From positions 3,528 through 67,527 of the forward strand of contig MHVH01000005.1 in the NCBI GenBank assembly GCA_001825155.1: a stretch of DNA of 64,000 nt. Reading direction: 5' to 3'. Origin of the DNA: Candidatus Zambryskibacteria bacterium RIFCSPHIGHO2_01_FULL_46_25 (GTDB lineage: Bacteria; Patescibacteriota; Minisyncoccia; Phycocordibacterales; Zambryskibacteraceae). Below, piece by piece: positions 45,758-54,734 of this stretch; the stretch's first letter is position 1, and every line of letters starts with the position of its first letter. The position numbers were made by a program, and so were the translations under genes. The notes below the pieces were generated by a model that saw only the letters and a list, made by a program, of their open reading frames with translations, ran no database searches and was not told where the DNA came from.

Positions 45758-46474
45758 CTACACGGAGAACTGGTGCGCCTTGATCTCCTCCTCGACGGCG
45801 GCCACTGCTGTCTTGGACCACATGCCCAACTCGCCGTACGCGTACGTGATGTCGAGGAGGTTGTAGACGACCACGATCTTCTGGAAGCCTGCCGCAGTCA
45901 GGCGTGGCACGGCACCCTGCTGGCGATCGATCCAGATGAGGCATGGCATCTCGTGCCCGGGGTAGCCGTCTTCGATACCTCGCTCCGCTGCGACGACTTT
46001 CGAACGTCCGTCGGTCACGACGTTATCGATCCACCAGTACTGATGGCGGGCCAGGTCCGGCCGACCGTTGATCCAGACTTTTTTGTGCGCGCCGTGCTGC
46101 TTCGGCTGCTCGCGCATCACTCGGTGCCCGATCGGCTGCGCCGTCCACGCCATCTCTTTCAGGAGGCTGAGGCTGCTAAGGGAGGCCGCCTGGGCGAGGG
46201 TGTTGCCGGCCACCGGCACGCCGATGAGACATTGCTGGCGGCTCTCATCGAGGTCGGTGTTGTCGTAGACGACCCGCGCCAGCTTCAGGCCGATGAGGCT
46301 CGCCAGCTGAGGGTTGTCGGTGAGATCTTCGCGACCGAAGACGTAGACGTGCGACATGATGCCGGATGCGAGCTTGAACGGCTCATCGCTGCGTCGCACG
46401 AATCCGCACTTACTCATCATGGCGAGGATGTCAAGATCCTCATTGGTATACTTAGCGCCGGATGGGACTTGCAT
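45758..46474 (-). CDS. pyrE: orotate phosphoribosyltransferase-like type I PRTase
   Basis: FKLASGIMSHVYVF (compare FTLKSGRKSPYFFN of OPRT), LIGVPVAGNTLA, and PRPP-binding VWIDNVVTDGRS. SD GGAGA upstream. GC-rich. Confidence 0.6.
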   Translation of the reverse strand: MQVPSGAKYTNEDLDILAMMSKCGFVRRSDEPFKLASGIMSHVYVFGREDLTDNPQLASLIGLKLARVVYDNTDLDESRQQCLIGVPVAGNTLAQAASLSSLSLLKEMAWTAQPIGHRVMREQPKQHGAHKKVWINGRPDLARHQYWWIDNVVTDGRSKVVAAERGIEDGYPGHEMPCLIWIDRQQGAVPRLTAAGFQKIVVVYNLLDITYAYGELGMWSKTAVAAVEEEIKAHQFSV

Positions 46475-46550
46475 GACAGATCTCCTCTCGAAACAGGATT
46501 AAACGATACGATCTAGGGCTAGACTATCAGATAAGGAAGGGAAGTCAAAA

Positions 46551-46575
46551 GGGCCGACAGCTACGCTGCCGGCCC
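46551..46575 (-). terminator. GC-rich hairpin downstream of the pyrF-like gene (second copy)
   Basis: GGGCCGACAGCTACGCTGCCGGCCC followed by ctcgattgttgttc, paralleling ctcgttcgttcg after copy 1. Confidence 0.6.
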
Positions 46576-46597
46576 TCGATTGTTGTTCTTGCTCGTT

Positions 46598-47503
46598 CTA
46601 CGCTGCCACGAGATAGTAGGGGATGTAGAGGTTGATCTCGTCGCGCGTCTTCTTCGCCGCAGCTCCCGGATCATCCGCGAAGATGATGCCGGAAGACGAG
46701 TTGATGGCGATGGAGCCTGCACCCATGTAGGCGGCCTTGACGGTTTCCTCGACGAAGCCGCTCTGTGTGCCAATGCCGGGGATGAGGAACCACAACTGGT
46801 TGCCGACGATTTCACGCCCCTTGACGAGATGTCGCGAGTAGATCGGTTCCGATGTGTACGGGCTCTTGTGTGCGGCGCCCATGACCACGCCGGCGTTCTC
46901 GAGAACGCCAAACTCGGTCGACCAGTCGAGGATGTCCCGAACCATCGCTTCCCAGACTATGCGCACGTCGGCAAGCAGTCGGTCTTGAACTCGCCACGCC
47001 GCAGGATTGCTGGTGCGGCCGAGGCCGACCAGCGCCCGGCCGGGGTACTTCGGGTCCACAAGGGCCTTGAGCGTGTCGGAGCCCATGTAACCGTTGTAGT
47101 TCATCCCGTCGACGCCGTCGAGAAGGAAGTGAGCGTCACGGTACTGACGCTGGGTGCGGTCGATGTCACCGCGCTTGCAGTCGAGGAAGACGGGGATGTC
47201 CGGGTACTTCTCGTGGATGTAGGCGACGATGGAGCGGAGTGCTTCCGCTCCTCCCACCAGTGCCTCCCAGTGGGCGCGCTGAGGCTTGAACATGCTGGCG
47301 TAGAGAGCGGTCGCATCGACGACACCCTTCATCCAGTAGAGCACCACGGTGCCTTGCAACTCCTCCGTGATGTCTTCCCAGGTACGGCAGCCGAAGTGGT
47401 CCAGAACTGTCTGGGGCACCTTCTCGAGAAGTGGGTCGAGGCCGACGCAGAGGAGGCTGTTGACGGCGATTTGACGAGCGGTCAGTGCGGCACGGAAGTT
47501 CAT
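46598..47503 (-). CDS. pyrF: orotidine-5-phosphate decarboxylase, long (type 2) form
   Basis: LCVGLDP and FLDCKRGDIDRT (DxKxxDIxxT) OMPDC signatures. Start set at ATG 47503 with AAGGAG 8 nt upstream. GC-rich. Confidence 0.65.
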   Translation of the reverse strand: MNFRAALTARQIAVNSLLCVGLDPLLEKVPQTVLDHFGCRTWEDITEELQGTVVLYWMKGVVDATALYASMFKPQRAHWEALVGGAEALRSIVAYIHEKYPDIPVFLDCKRGDIDRTQRQYRDAHFLLDGVDGMNYNGYMGSDTLKALVDPKYPGRALVGLGRTSNPAAWRVQDRLLADVRIVWEAMVRDILDWSTEFGVLENAGVVMGAAHKSPYTSEPIYSRHLVKGREIVGNQLWFLIPGIGTQSGFVEETVKAAYMGAGSIAINSSSGIIFADDPGAAAKKTRDEINLYIPYYLVAA

Positions 47504-47641
47504 ATCTAGGCTCCTTATTGATTGTGTGCGTTTCCTGCCCGCTACATTAGCAGAATGGACGAAAATAGGGAAGTGTGGTGCTTTTCGAAAAATGGGCATA
47601 TTCCCCTACCGCTGCGGTGGGGGAGAGGAGCGAGTGCTCGC

Positions 47642-47708
47642 AGCTCCTCTCGGCCGGAACTCACGCCGGTGAGTGAGGCGGGGTCGCGCAAAAACTCAGC
47701 AGAGTTTT
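47642..47708. repeat. right copy of the roughly 65-bp direct repeat bracketing the GC-rich islet
   Basis: ggccggaactcacgccggtgagtgaggcggggtcgcgcAAAAACTCagcaGAGTTTTatgcgtgact. The internal hairpin differs from the left copy by compensatory changes. Confidence 0.6.
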
Positions 47709-47825
47709 ATGCGTGACTAGTGCAAAAGAGCGCATATGGTGTAATTCGCCAAGCTTTATCCAAAAGCCTTCTTATCCCCATAAGTTCGTTTTACATATAT
47801 TGTGCGAACCTATACAATATAGAAT

Positions 47826-48788
47826 ATGAGCCGTCCCCTGCCAATAAAAGACTACATCCTCCCCTTCCTCGATTACTGCGAGATTGAAAAAGGTTTGTCG
47901 AACAATACGCAGAAAAATTATAAGCAGTATCTCCTACTCTTCATTCGCTGGCTCGAAAAAATTAGCGAATCGGATTTAAAGCCCGAGGACCTTACCCCCA
48001 AGCATATCTGGGATTATCGGCTCTATCTGGCTCGCGGCTATAAGGCTCCAGGAGGCTCGTTTCTCGGTAAGAAGAGCCAAAACTATTACCTCATAGCGGT
48101 TAGAAGCCTTTTAAACTATTTTGCCGAACATGATATCGTTTCGCTCCCCTCTTCGAAAATAAAATTGGCGAAGCAGAAATCTGAGGAAACAATTTCTTTT
48201 CTCGACACGAGCGACGTGGAGAAAATGCTCAAGATTCCGGACGTCTCAACTTTGGGCGGTTTGCGCGACAGGGCTATAATGGAACTCTTTTTCTCATCCG
48301 GAATGCGCATCTCCGAGCTTGTGGCTTTAAACGCCGATCAACTCTCCTTTCTCTCCGACAAGAAGACTGACAAGACCTATGAGCTCTCAATCATAGGCAA
48401 AGGCAAACACATGAGAACCATCTTCATCTCTCCTCGCGCGGCCGGGTGGCTAAGACAGTATCTTAATAAGCGTCACGACGTGCATAAGCCACTATTCCTT
48501 AACTCGCGACCGGATGATGAGGACAACAATCGCCTCTCTCCCCGCTCGATACAGAAAATGATTTCGCGTTGCGCCATGCTCGCCGGACTTTCTAAAAAAG
48601 TTACGCCTCACACTCTGCGTCATAGCTATGCGACTGATCTACTCTCCCACGGAGCGGACCTCCGAAGCGTCCAGGAGCTTTTGGGTCACAAGAATGTGGC
48701 CACCACTCAGATATATACCCACGTTACCAACAAACAACTCCGCGATATCCACGAGAAGTTCCATGGTGGACAAGATATGAAGAAATAA
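47826..48788 (+). CDS. tyrosine site-specific recombinase, XerC/XerD-like
   Basis: …LRHSYATDLLSHGADLRSVQELLGHKNVATTQIYTHV… with the R…HxxR…Y catalytic signature. Confidence 0.85.
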   Translation: MSRPLPIKDYILPFLDYCEIEKGLSNNTQKNYKQYLLLFIRWLEKISESDLKPEDLTPKHIWDYRLYLARGYKAPGGSFLGKKSQNYYLIAVRSLLNYFAEHDIVSLPSSKIKLAKQKSEETISFLDTSDVEKMLKIPDVSTLGGLRDRAIMELFFSSGMRISELVALNADQLSFLSDKKTDKTYELSIIGKGKHMRTIFISPRAAGWLRQYLNKRHDVHKPLFLNSRPDDEDNNRLSPRSIQKMISRCAMLAGLSKKVTPHTLRHSYATDLLSHGADLRSVQELLGHKNVATTQIYTHVTNKQLRDIHEKFHGGQDMKK

Positions 48789-48945
48789 AGCCCGCCCGCC
48801 GAGCGCAATGCTCGGCGGGCGGTAATCGTGATGCCATGACATAAATGTCTCAAAGTTTTACTTTGATTTCGGTCAGCGCATGTGTCTTCCTCCATTTACC
48901 AGATTATCCTGATTTGAACCGATTGTCCAGAAATTCTAAAACAAC

Positions 48946-48970
48946 AAACCCCGCCGGATTGGCGGGGTTT
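48946..48970. terminator. bidirectional terminator hairpin
   Basis: AAACCCCGCCGGATTGGCGGGGTTTGTTGTT. T-rich on both strands. Confidence 0.65.
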
Positions 48971-48991
48971 GTTGTTCCGCCAGTTGGCGGA

Positions 48992-49468
48992 TTATTTCTT
49001 AGCGACTTCGTCCGACTCGCTAAATTTGCCAACGGCAAATTTAGACCAGCAGGCCGAGGACGACATCCAGGGCTTGGCGCCTTGCTTCTCGTAGAGATAG
49101 CGGGCGTAGGCCACGTTGTCATCAATGTTGTGTAGGTCGAGACCTAGCTTTACGGCATCCTTCTCGTGATAAAGGAGGTTAATTTGCATTACCCCTCTGT
49201 CATAGGTGTTCTTCTCGCCGCGGAGCACCTCTCCCTTGGAGTTGTAGTGCCTGTTGCGGGATTCGCACTTGCCGATCTTGGCGAGAATTGGAGTGGCCGC
49301 GAAGTAATCGTTAAGGAATTTCTCAACGTTCTTCGGATCAGTAAGCGGCATATAGTCTTCTGATTTGACCTCAAGAGAGATCTGCTGAACTTCGATTCCA
49401 TTGTCAGTAGCAGTCACCGGAGATGTAATCGCCGGGAGGACTGACAGAGCGCCGGAAGAAAAAGTCAT
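48992..49468 (-). CDS. secreted lytic-transglycosylase-like (SLT/lysozyme-like) small protein
   Basis: Signal peptide. …KCESRNRHYN…RGVMQINLLYH… resembles the SLT catalytic E-S … G-L/V-M-Q motif. Confidence 0.5.
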   Translation of the reverse strand: MTFSSGALSVLPAITSPVTATDNGIEVQQISLEVKSEDYMPLTDPKNVEKFLNDYFAATPILAKIGKCESRNRHYNSKGEVLRGEKNTYDRGVMQINLLYHEKDAVKLGLDLHNIDDNVAYARYLYEKQGAKPWMSSSACWSKFAVGKFSESDEVAKK

Positions 49469-49676
49469 GAGAAGACTAATGGTAGTAAGCTGAATAATAA
49501 CAGTAGGATAAATTGGTAATCTTGAGTGGCAGTTTCCGTGAGGTCCCTAGAGACCCGCTCTCTCAAGCGAAAAGCCAGCTCTTCGCTGACTTACCTACAT
49601 ACTAGCATACTTCAATCTTGCTGTCAAGCATTTTGTGTGGTCCAGTATATAATAAGTGGCTCTGTTAAGCCATATA

Positions 49677-50051
49677 TTATCTAGGTTTGCAGTTAGATGC
49701 CAGGGTATAACCGGATGTCTCTGCTACCTCCGAGGAAACAAAGACGATTTTATTGGTTTCCGATATCTGTTTGGTGCCTGGACAGTGTAAATAATGGTAT
49801 TTCTTGCCATTTTTCGAAGCTACCACCTGGGTGGAATTTTCAATGGCATTCAGGACTGAGGCAGAATTGGAAATTTCCGGATTGTATTCAATTTGGATAC
49901 CTTCCCTCTCCCCTCCTCCGTATAGCAGACCCAGACCGAAGGAGAGCCCGGCGATAAGCAGTATAACCAGAGCCAAGAAGAACTTCTTGAACATAGGAAA
50001 ACGCTCTATGTGTCCCCTATTGTCAAACTCAACTTCTTCTGATAAACTCAT
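49677..50051 (-). CDS. hypothetical membrane-anchored protein (124 aa)
   Basis: TM helix, then a small Cys-containing domain. No assignment. Confidence 0.4.
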   Translation of the reverse strand: MSLSEEVEFDNRGHIERFPMFKKFFLALVILLIAGLSFGLGLLYGGGEREGIQIEYNPEISNSASVLNAIENSTQVVASKNGKKYHYLHCPGTKQISETNKIVFVSSEVAETSGYTLASNCKPR

Positions 50052-50072
50052 TGGGCTTAATTATACCAGGCC

Positions 50073-50351
50073 ATGGCACATAAGAAATCAGCTGGCAAGA
50101 CAAAAAACGGCCGAGATTCCAATGCGAAATACTTGGGAATCAAGGTTACTCCGGGAGCAATGGCTCGCGTCGGCTCTGTTCTTGTGCGTCAGCGAGGCAC
50201 CGACGTGCTCCCAGGTCAGAATGTCTCCATGGGCAAGGACCATACCCTCTTCGCTTCAAAGGACGGCAAGGTATCTCTTACCTACAAACGCAAGATCCAT
50301 TTCGACAACACGATTATGAAGAAGAAGGTTATGAACGTTCTTCCCGCCTAA
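50073..50351 (+). CDS. rpmA: 50S ribosomal protein L27
   Basis: [24 protein letters not shown]… L27 signature. Confidence 0.9.
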   Translation: MAHKKSAGKTKNGRDSNAKYLGIKVTPGAMARVGSVLVRQRGTDVLPGQNVSMGKDHTLFASKDGKVSLTYKRKIHFDNTIMKKKVMNVLPA

Positions 50352-50607
50352 GCTTCTCCAAAGCTTCTTCTTTCTCCCTCCTCTTCTCTTCTCTCTTGGC
50401 TTGTTTTTCCTGAATCCTTTTATCCTCGGCTTCCCTATACTTCTCTTCCTGTGCCTTGAGCTGTCTGACCGCCGCCAGTCCCGGGCCGTCCGCCACGACA
50501 GCAAGTTTGTTGGGTATAAGGAAATTTATGGCATAACCGTCGGAAACCTGACGCTCCTCAAACTTCCTTCCTGTTCCTTTAACGTCTTTTAGAAAAATGA
50601 CTTTCAT
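50329..50607 (-). CDS. rplI: 50S ribosomal protein L9-like (N-terminal domain plus long helix only)
   Basis: [37 protein letters not shown] matches the L9 N-domain. The remainder is a K/E-rich helix. Convergent 23-nt overlap with rpmA. Confidence 0.6.
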   Translation of the reverse strand: MKVIFLKDVKGTGRKFEERQVSDGYAINFLIPNKLAVVADGPGLAAVRQLKAQEEKYREAEDKRIQEKQAKREEKRREKEEALEKLRREERS

Positions 50608-50703
50608 GGGCATTAATGATAGCGCGTAACGGTTTTTCTAAATATTGACACCTAATAAAATTTGGCGTATTTTTGTGCCAGGAAGTTCAGATTGGAGGGT
50701 GTG

Positions 50704-51123
50704 ATGCAGCAGCGCGTAGGTCTTTTTTTTGTGCCGGGACCGTCGATTACGGTTGATATGTTTTATGTCAACCTTAAGGAGTGGATCAAGGAGTTCAAGG
50801 TTTCGCTCATGGTTGTCGTCACTTACGACCGCGTTTACGACCGCGTTGGTCTCGCTTTTGCCTGGGACTTTTCCCAGGGTGTGGGGCTTTCAGAGTTGCT
50901 TGACCAGATGAAAGCTCACATGGAGCGAACCTTCGAGACTAGAGGAGAGGTGTTTGTTGCCGAAACCGAATCGGCAGAATTCAGCCCTCTGATGGAAGCA
51001 TTCATCGATCTCAAGAATGCTTACAAAGCCCAAGCCGAAGCTCTGCTCAATGAACGTGAACAAACGAAGCGATATCGGGAGGAACTGGCAATTCTTCAAG
51101 GAGCGGTCAAGAATCTTCGCTGA
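50704..51123 (+). CDS. hypothetical protein (139 aa)
   Basis: GGAGG SD before ATG 50704. TTGACA at 50646. Confidence 0.35.
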   Translation: MQQRVGLFFVPGPSITVDMFYVNLKEWIKEFKVSLMVVVTYDRVYDRVGLAFAWDFSQGVGLSELLDQMKAHMERTFETRGEVFVAETESAEFSPLMEAFIDLKNAYKAQAEALLNEREQTKRYREELAILQGAVKNLR

Positions 51124-51205
51124 TCCGCGGCAGCCCCTACTCTGGGGCTGCCGTCTCGTTTTGACAACTTTCGCAGATTGCGCCATATTATTGAGCGGAG
51201 GCTGT

Positions 51206-51595
51206 ATGAGATTAGCGGTACTTTACGAAGGTCCGAAAGACGAGGTTCTGAGAGTTCATGCTGACGAACTCAACGAATCGTGCGGAAGGGAGTACTCCCG
51301 AGAGATAGCGGAAGATGGGAGTTCGATCCTAGTCCTGCCAAAGGACTACACCAGGTATGGCGACGGGCTGAAGGAGCTGGAAGAGCTGTGGCAGCTCTCT
51401 TGGAAGGTCACACGGGCTCCTTTCGTGCCGTACGTGAAGCTCCCTGGCGCCGAGTATTTCGTGGCGCTGGCATACGCCGTTGTGGAGCTCGAGAAGCAGA
51501 GCTGGCTCAGACTAGCCTTCGTGCTCGGCGAGCCTGGCTTCGACGACCTGTCCTCTCATCCGATGTCCGGCAGTCTCGGCGTCGAACGGGATTAG
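51206..51595 (+). CDS. hypothetical protein (129 aa)
   Basis: GGAGG SD before ATG 51206. Followed by a perfect palindromic terminator. Confidence 0.35.
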   Translation: MRLAVLYEGPKDEVLRVHADELNESCGREYSREIAEDGSSILVLPKDYTRYGDGLKELEELWQLSWKVTRAPFVPYVKLPGAEYFVALAYAVVELEKQSWLRLAFVLGEPGFDDLSSHPMSGSLGVERD

Positions 51596-51609
51596 TGCGA
51601 CACAACAAG

Positions 51610-51637
51610 CCCGGCGGCAGGAATTCCTGCCGCCGGG
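51610..51637. terminator. perfect palindromic hairpin (CCCGGCGGCAGGAATTCCTGCCGCCGGG) plus T-run
   Basis: Followed by TTCTTCGTTTTTATTT on the plus strand. Lies between convergent genes. Confidence 0.7.
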
Positions 51638-51647
51638 TTCTTCGTTT

Positions 51648-52871
51648 TTATTTATTCAAAATCTCAAGCGCTTTGTTCATCTGCGGATCGCGGCCGGCCT
51701 GGAAGTCCGCTGGAGTGCGGATGATTTGATAATCCGGTTCTATCCCCCTCTCCGATATTGAAAGGCCGTTTGGCGTAAGCCATCTTGCCACCGTGACCTT
51801 GAGCGAGGTCTCTGAAGTGATGTCCACGAGTTCTTGCACCGACCCCTTGCCGAAAGTTGTTTCCCCGACGAGTATGGCCCGTCCATGTTCGGCCAAGGCG
51901 CCAGCCAAAATTTCCGAAGCGGAGGCGGAACCCTTGTCTATAAGAATTACGAAATCAAGTTTCCTGTTAGCGAAGATATCATATCCCCTGCTTCTATATG
52001 CCCGCTCCTCCCTTCTGTCGCCGAAGTCCTCCCGCACGATTACCTTGCTTGCCGGCAGAAACCGACTTGCCATGTCTATGGCCGCTTCAAGATAACCGCC
52101 CGGATTGCCACGCAAGTCGAGAATGAGTTTGTCCGAGCCGGAGAGGATAAATTCGCGCAAGGCTCCGCGGAAAAGATTTGGCGATTGTTCCGAGAAGCTG
52201 TATAACTCGATAACGAAGATTCCTCCCGGAAGCGTTTTGGTATTGATAACCGGTATATTGATGACATCGCGAATAATTTTTACTTCGAAAGGCTCTTTCG
52301 TTCCGTTTCTAAAGACCGTAAGCGCCACGGTTGTGCCTCGGGGTCCGCGAATGAGCTGGACGGCATCTTCCGTAGTAAGGCCGTTCGTGTCTTTGTCACC
52401 AATTTTTATAATTCTGTCTCCCGCCAGCATACCGGCGCCGGAAGCTGGACTGCCCTTCAGAGGTGCTATCACCGTAATCGCTCCCTCTTGAGCCAAGACT
52501 TCCATACCCACTCCTTCGAAGTTGCCACGGATATCAGAGGCGAAGAGCTCTGACTCCACCGGCGGGAAGAAGACGGTATACGGGTCGCCGAGTGATGCTG
52601 CCAAGCCCTCGATAGCCCCATAGAGCTTATCTTCGTCCCCCACTGTTGCCACGGTGGTGCTTGCGGGCACGTACTTCTCATTGATGATATTCCACGTTTT
52701 CCAGAAAGGGCTGAAGTCGATGTTATCGACTTCAGCAGATTCGGCATTCTCGACGCTTGAAACGGCGCCGGAAATCCGGTTTTCACCGGAGCGGAATCCC
52801 ATGCTGTAGAAAACGAAAGCGATAATCACTCCGAGTCCGATGATAGCCCCGTGTCTTTTTAAGAATTCCAT
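51648..52871 (-). CDS. ctpA: carboxyl-terminal processing protease (peptidase S41) with PDZ domain
   Basis: …GDRIIKIGDKDTNGLTTEDAVQLIRGPRGTTV… (PDZ) and …IDLRGNPGGYL… S41 motifs. Start taken at MEFLKRHG. Confidence 0.85.
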   Translation of the reverse strand: MEFLKRHGAIIGLGVIIAFVFYSMGFRSGENRISGAVSSVENAESAEVDNIDFSPFWKTWNIINEKYVPASTTVATVGDEDKLYGAIEGLAASLGDPYTVFFPPVESELFASDIRGNFEGVGMEVLAQEGAITVIAPLKGSPASGAGMLAGDRIIKIGDKDTNGLTTEDAVQLIRGPRGTTVALTVFRNGTKEPFEVKIIRDVINIPVINTKTLPGGIFVIELYSFSEQSPNLFRGALREFILSGSDKLILDLRGNPGGYLEAAIDMASRFLPASKVIVREDFGDRREERAYRSRGYDIFANRKLDFVILIDKGSASASEILAGALAEHGRAILVGETTFGKGSVQELVDITSETSLKVTVARWLTPNGLSISERGIEPDYQIIRTPADFQAGRDPQMNKALEILNK

Positions 52872-52899
52872 TCGAAGTATTTTAACATATAATGGTGAT

Positions 52900-54261
52900 A
52901 TGACACTCAAGCTTCACAATACTTTGACGGGCAAGGAGGAGGAATTCCACCCGATAGAGAAAAGCAAGACAAAGATGTTTGTCTGTGGGCCTACCGTTTA
53001 CGACTATTCCCATCTGGGCCACGGCAAGACCTATACCCAGTTTGACGTAATCGCCCGGGCACTAAGGTATCTGGGCCATGAATTGACTTACGTCGTGAAT
53101 ATTACCGATATAGACGACAAGATAATAAAACGCGCCACCGAACGAGGGGTGGATCCGGCCGCACTTGCGCAGGAATACGAAAAGGCCTATGTCGAAGATA
53201 TGCGGGCTCTTAATGTAGTGAATATAGATAAATACGCTCGCGCCCATGATTATGTGCCGGAAATAGTAAGTCAGGTAAAGCGTTTGATTGAGAATGGTTT
53301 GGCGTACAAAATCTCCGACGGTTATTACTTCGACGTAAAGAAATTCGATGATTACGGGAAGCTGTCCAGGAGAAATATTTTGAAACCCAATGACGCGGTT
53401 TCGCGCATAGACGAGAATCCGGAGAAGAGAAATCCGGGCGATTTTTGCTTGTGGAAATTACGCAAGAAAGGCGAACCATTCTGGTCATCGGAGTTGGGCG
53501 AGGGCCGTCCAGGCTGGCACATAGAGGACACCGCCATTACCGAGAAAGAGTTCGGAGCGCAATACGATATTCACGGCGGCGCCGTGGATCTCATTTTCCC
53601 GCACCATGAAGCGGAAATCGCCCAGATGGAATCAATCTCGGGCAAGAAGCCCTTGGTTCGTTATTGGCTCCATACGGGTTTTTTAAACATCAGTTCCGAA
53701 AAAATGTCTAAGAGTCTCGGCAACTTCCTCACCATCCGAGATGTATTGGCGAAGGGCGTTTCTCCCCTGGCTTTGCGCTATTACTTCCTCACCGCGCATT
53801 ACCGCACGCCCATGGATTTCTCGTGGGAAGCGCTCGAAGCGGCGCAGAACGCATACCGCAAACTCAAGGAGTTTGTTTCCACCCCCACCAGCCTCCCCCT
53901 TACCAAGGGGGAGGTGCCAGAGGCGGAGGGGGTGTATTTGGATGAATTTAAATCTGCGCTTGAAAACGATTTAAATACTCCAGAAGCGCTAGGGGTGGTG
54001 TGGAATCTTATCAAAGATGAATCAATCTTCCCCGCCAACAAGCGCGCGACGCTTCTTGAATTCGACAAAGTACTCGGCCTCGACCTGGAACACAATGAAT
54101 TTTTGAATGTGCCGCCGGAAGTCGTTGAGCTGGGTGAACAAAGACAGAAGGCAAAGGAGAATAAAAATTTTGCCGAAGCGGATAAGATAAGGCAAGAGAT
54201 CGAGAACAAGGGCTTCGAAATCCGCGACACCGAAGGCACGTTTATTATAATGAAGAAATAG
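52900..54261 (+). CDS. cysS: cysteinyl-tRNA synthetase
   Basis: MTLKLHNTLTGKEEEFHPI…MFVCGPTVYDYSHLGHGKTY (HIGH) and KMSKS. Confidence 0.9.
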   Translation: MTLKLHNTLTGKEEEFHPIEKSKTKMFVCGPTVYDYSHLGHGKTYTQFDVIARALRYLGHELTYVVNITDIDDKIIKRATERGVDPAALAQEYEKAYVEDMRALNVVNIDKYARAHDYVPEIVSQVKRLIENGLAYKISDGYYFDVKKFDDYGKLSRRNILKPNDAVSRIDENPEKRNPGDFCLWKLRKKGEPFWSSELGEGRPGWHIEDTAITEKEFGAQYDIHGGAVDLIFPHHEAEIAQMESISGKKPLVRYWLHTGFLNISSEKMSKSLGNFLTIRDVLAKGVSPLALRYYFLTAHYRTPMDFSWEALEAAQNAYRKLKEFVSTPTSLPLTKGEVPEAEGVYLDEFKSALENDLNTPEALGVVWNLIKDESIFPANKRATLLEFDKVLGLDLEHNEFLNVPPEVVELGEQRQKAKENKNFAEADKIRQEIENKGFEIRDTEGTFIIMKK

Positions 54262-54265
54262 AAAA

Positions 54266-54290
54266 GGTTCGACGTTGACAACGTCGAACC
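54266..54290. terminator. perfect palindromic hairpin GGTTCGACGTTGACAACGTCGAACC, terminator for the Cys-rich gene (minus strand) and cysS
   Basis: T-run follows on the minus strand. Confidence 0.65.
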
Positions 54291-54300
54291 TGCACGGCGG

Positions 54301-54558
54301 TTACTTGGTCGGGATAGGACAGGAGCAGTACTTCACTTTTTTGCTTGGCGCTCCCATCTTGATGCCGTGGCAGTGCGGACAGAATATCCGCTTGCACCTG
54401 TTGCACTCATGATCTTCAACTTCCCCGAGAATGCATGATGGACATGATCCCTCGCAGCCACAGCGATTGTTGGGATTTACCCCGTCCCACTCTCCGACGA
54501 CGACAGGGAATCTGTCTGTAGGATACTCGTATGTCAGCTCATCAATCTTAGGATTCAT
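54301..54558 (-). CDS. small Cys-rich protein (85 aa, 12 Cys), probable metal-binding
   Basis: CGCEGSCPSC…CNRCKRIFCPHCH…CSCP. AAGGAG SD. Preceded by the shared 65-bp upstream repeat. Confidence 0.45.
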   Translation of the reverse strand: MNPKIDELTYEYPTDRFPVVVGEWDGVNPNNRCGCEGSCPSCILGEVEDHECNRCKRIFCPHCHGIKMGAPSKKVKYCSCPIPTK

Positions 54559-54580
54559 TAGGAACTCCTTCCGCGGAATA

Positions 54581-54645
54581 CTCTACAATAATATTTAAAC
54601 TTCCGCAACTACATAATAACAATACGACCGTCGGCTTATTATGTA
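54581..54645. promoter_or_regulatory. 65-bp upstream repeat copy 1 (contains inverted repeat TACATAATAA-N…-TTATTATGTA)
   Basis: ctctacaataatatttaaacttccgcaactacataataacaatacgaccgtcggcttattatgta. Copy 2 at 55307..55375. Confidence 0.55.
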
Positions 54646-54692
54646 TACGATTTAAAAACGCTATAGCGTAGTTATTTCGTAATAAAACGAAT

Positions 54693-54721
54693 CGCCGGAC
54701 GTCCCATCGGGACGTCCGGCG
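54693..54721 (-). terminator. palindromic terminator after the 166-aa gene
   Basis: CGCCGGACGTCCCATCGGGACGTCCGGCG followed by a T-rich tract on the minus strand. Confidence 0.6.
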
Positions 54722-54734
54722 TGAAAAGAACAGA

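Noticed and set aside
45692-47509. Plus-strand ORFs of 274 aa and 309 aa covering the GC-rich islet
   Set aside because: The minus-strand frames carry recognisable OPRT and OMP-decarboxylase motifs plus consensus SDs. High GC content generates long spurious antisense ORFs.
45630-48788. Calling the islet a bona fide integron
   Set aside because: The recombinase looks XerC/D-like. No attI or GTTRRRY core sites could be identified by eye, and the 65-bp direct repeats do not include the recombinase. Kept only as an integron-like or cassette-like hypothesis.
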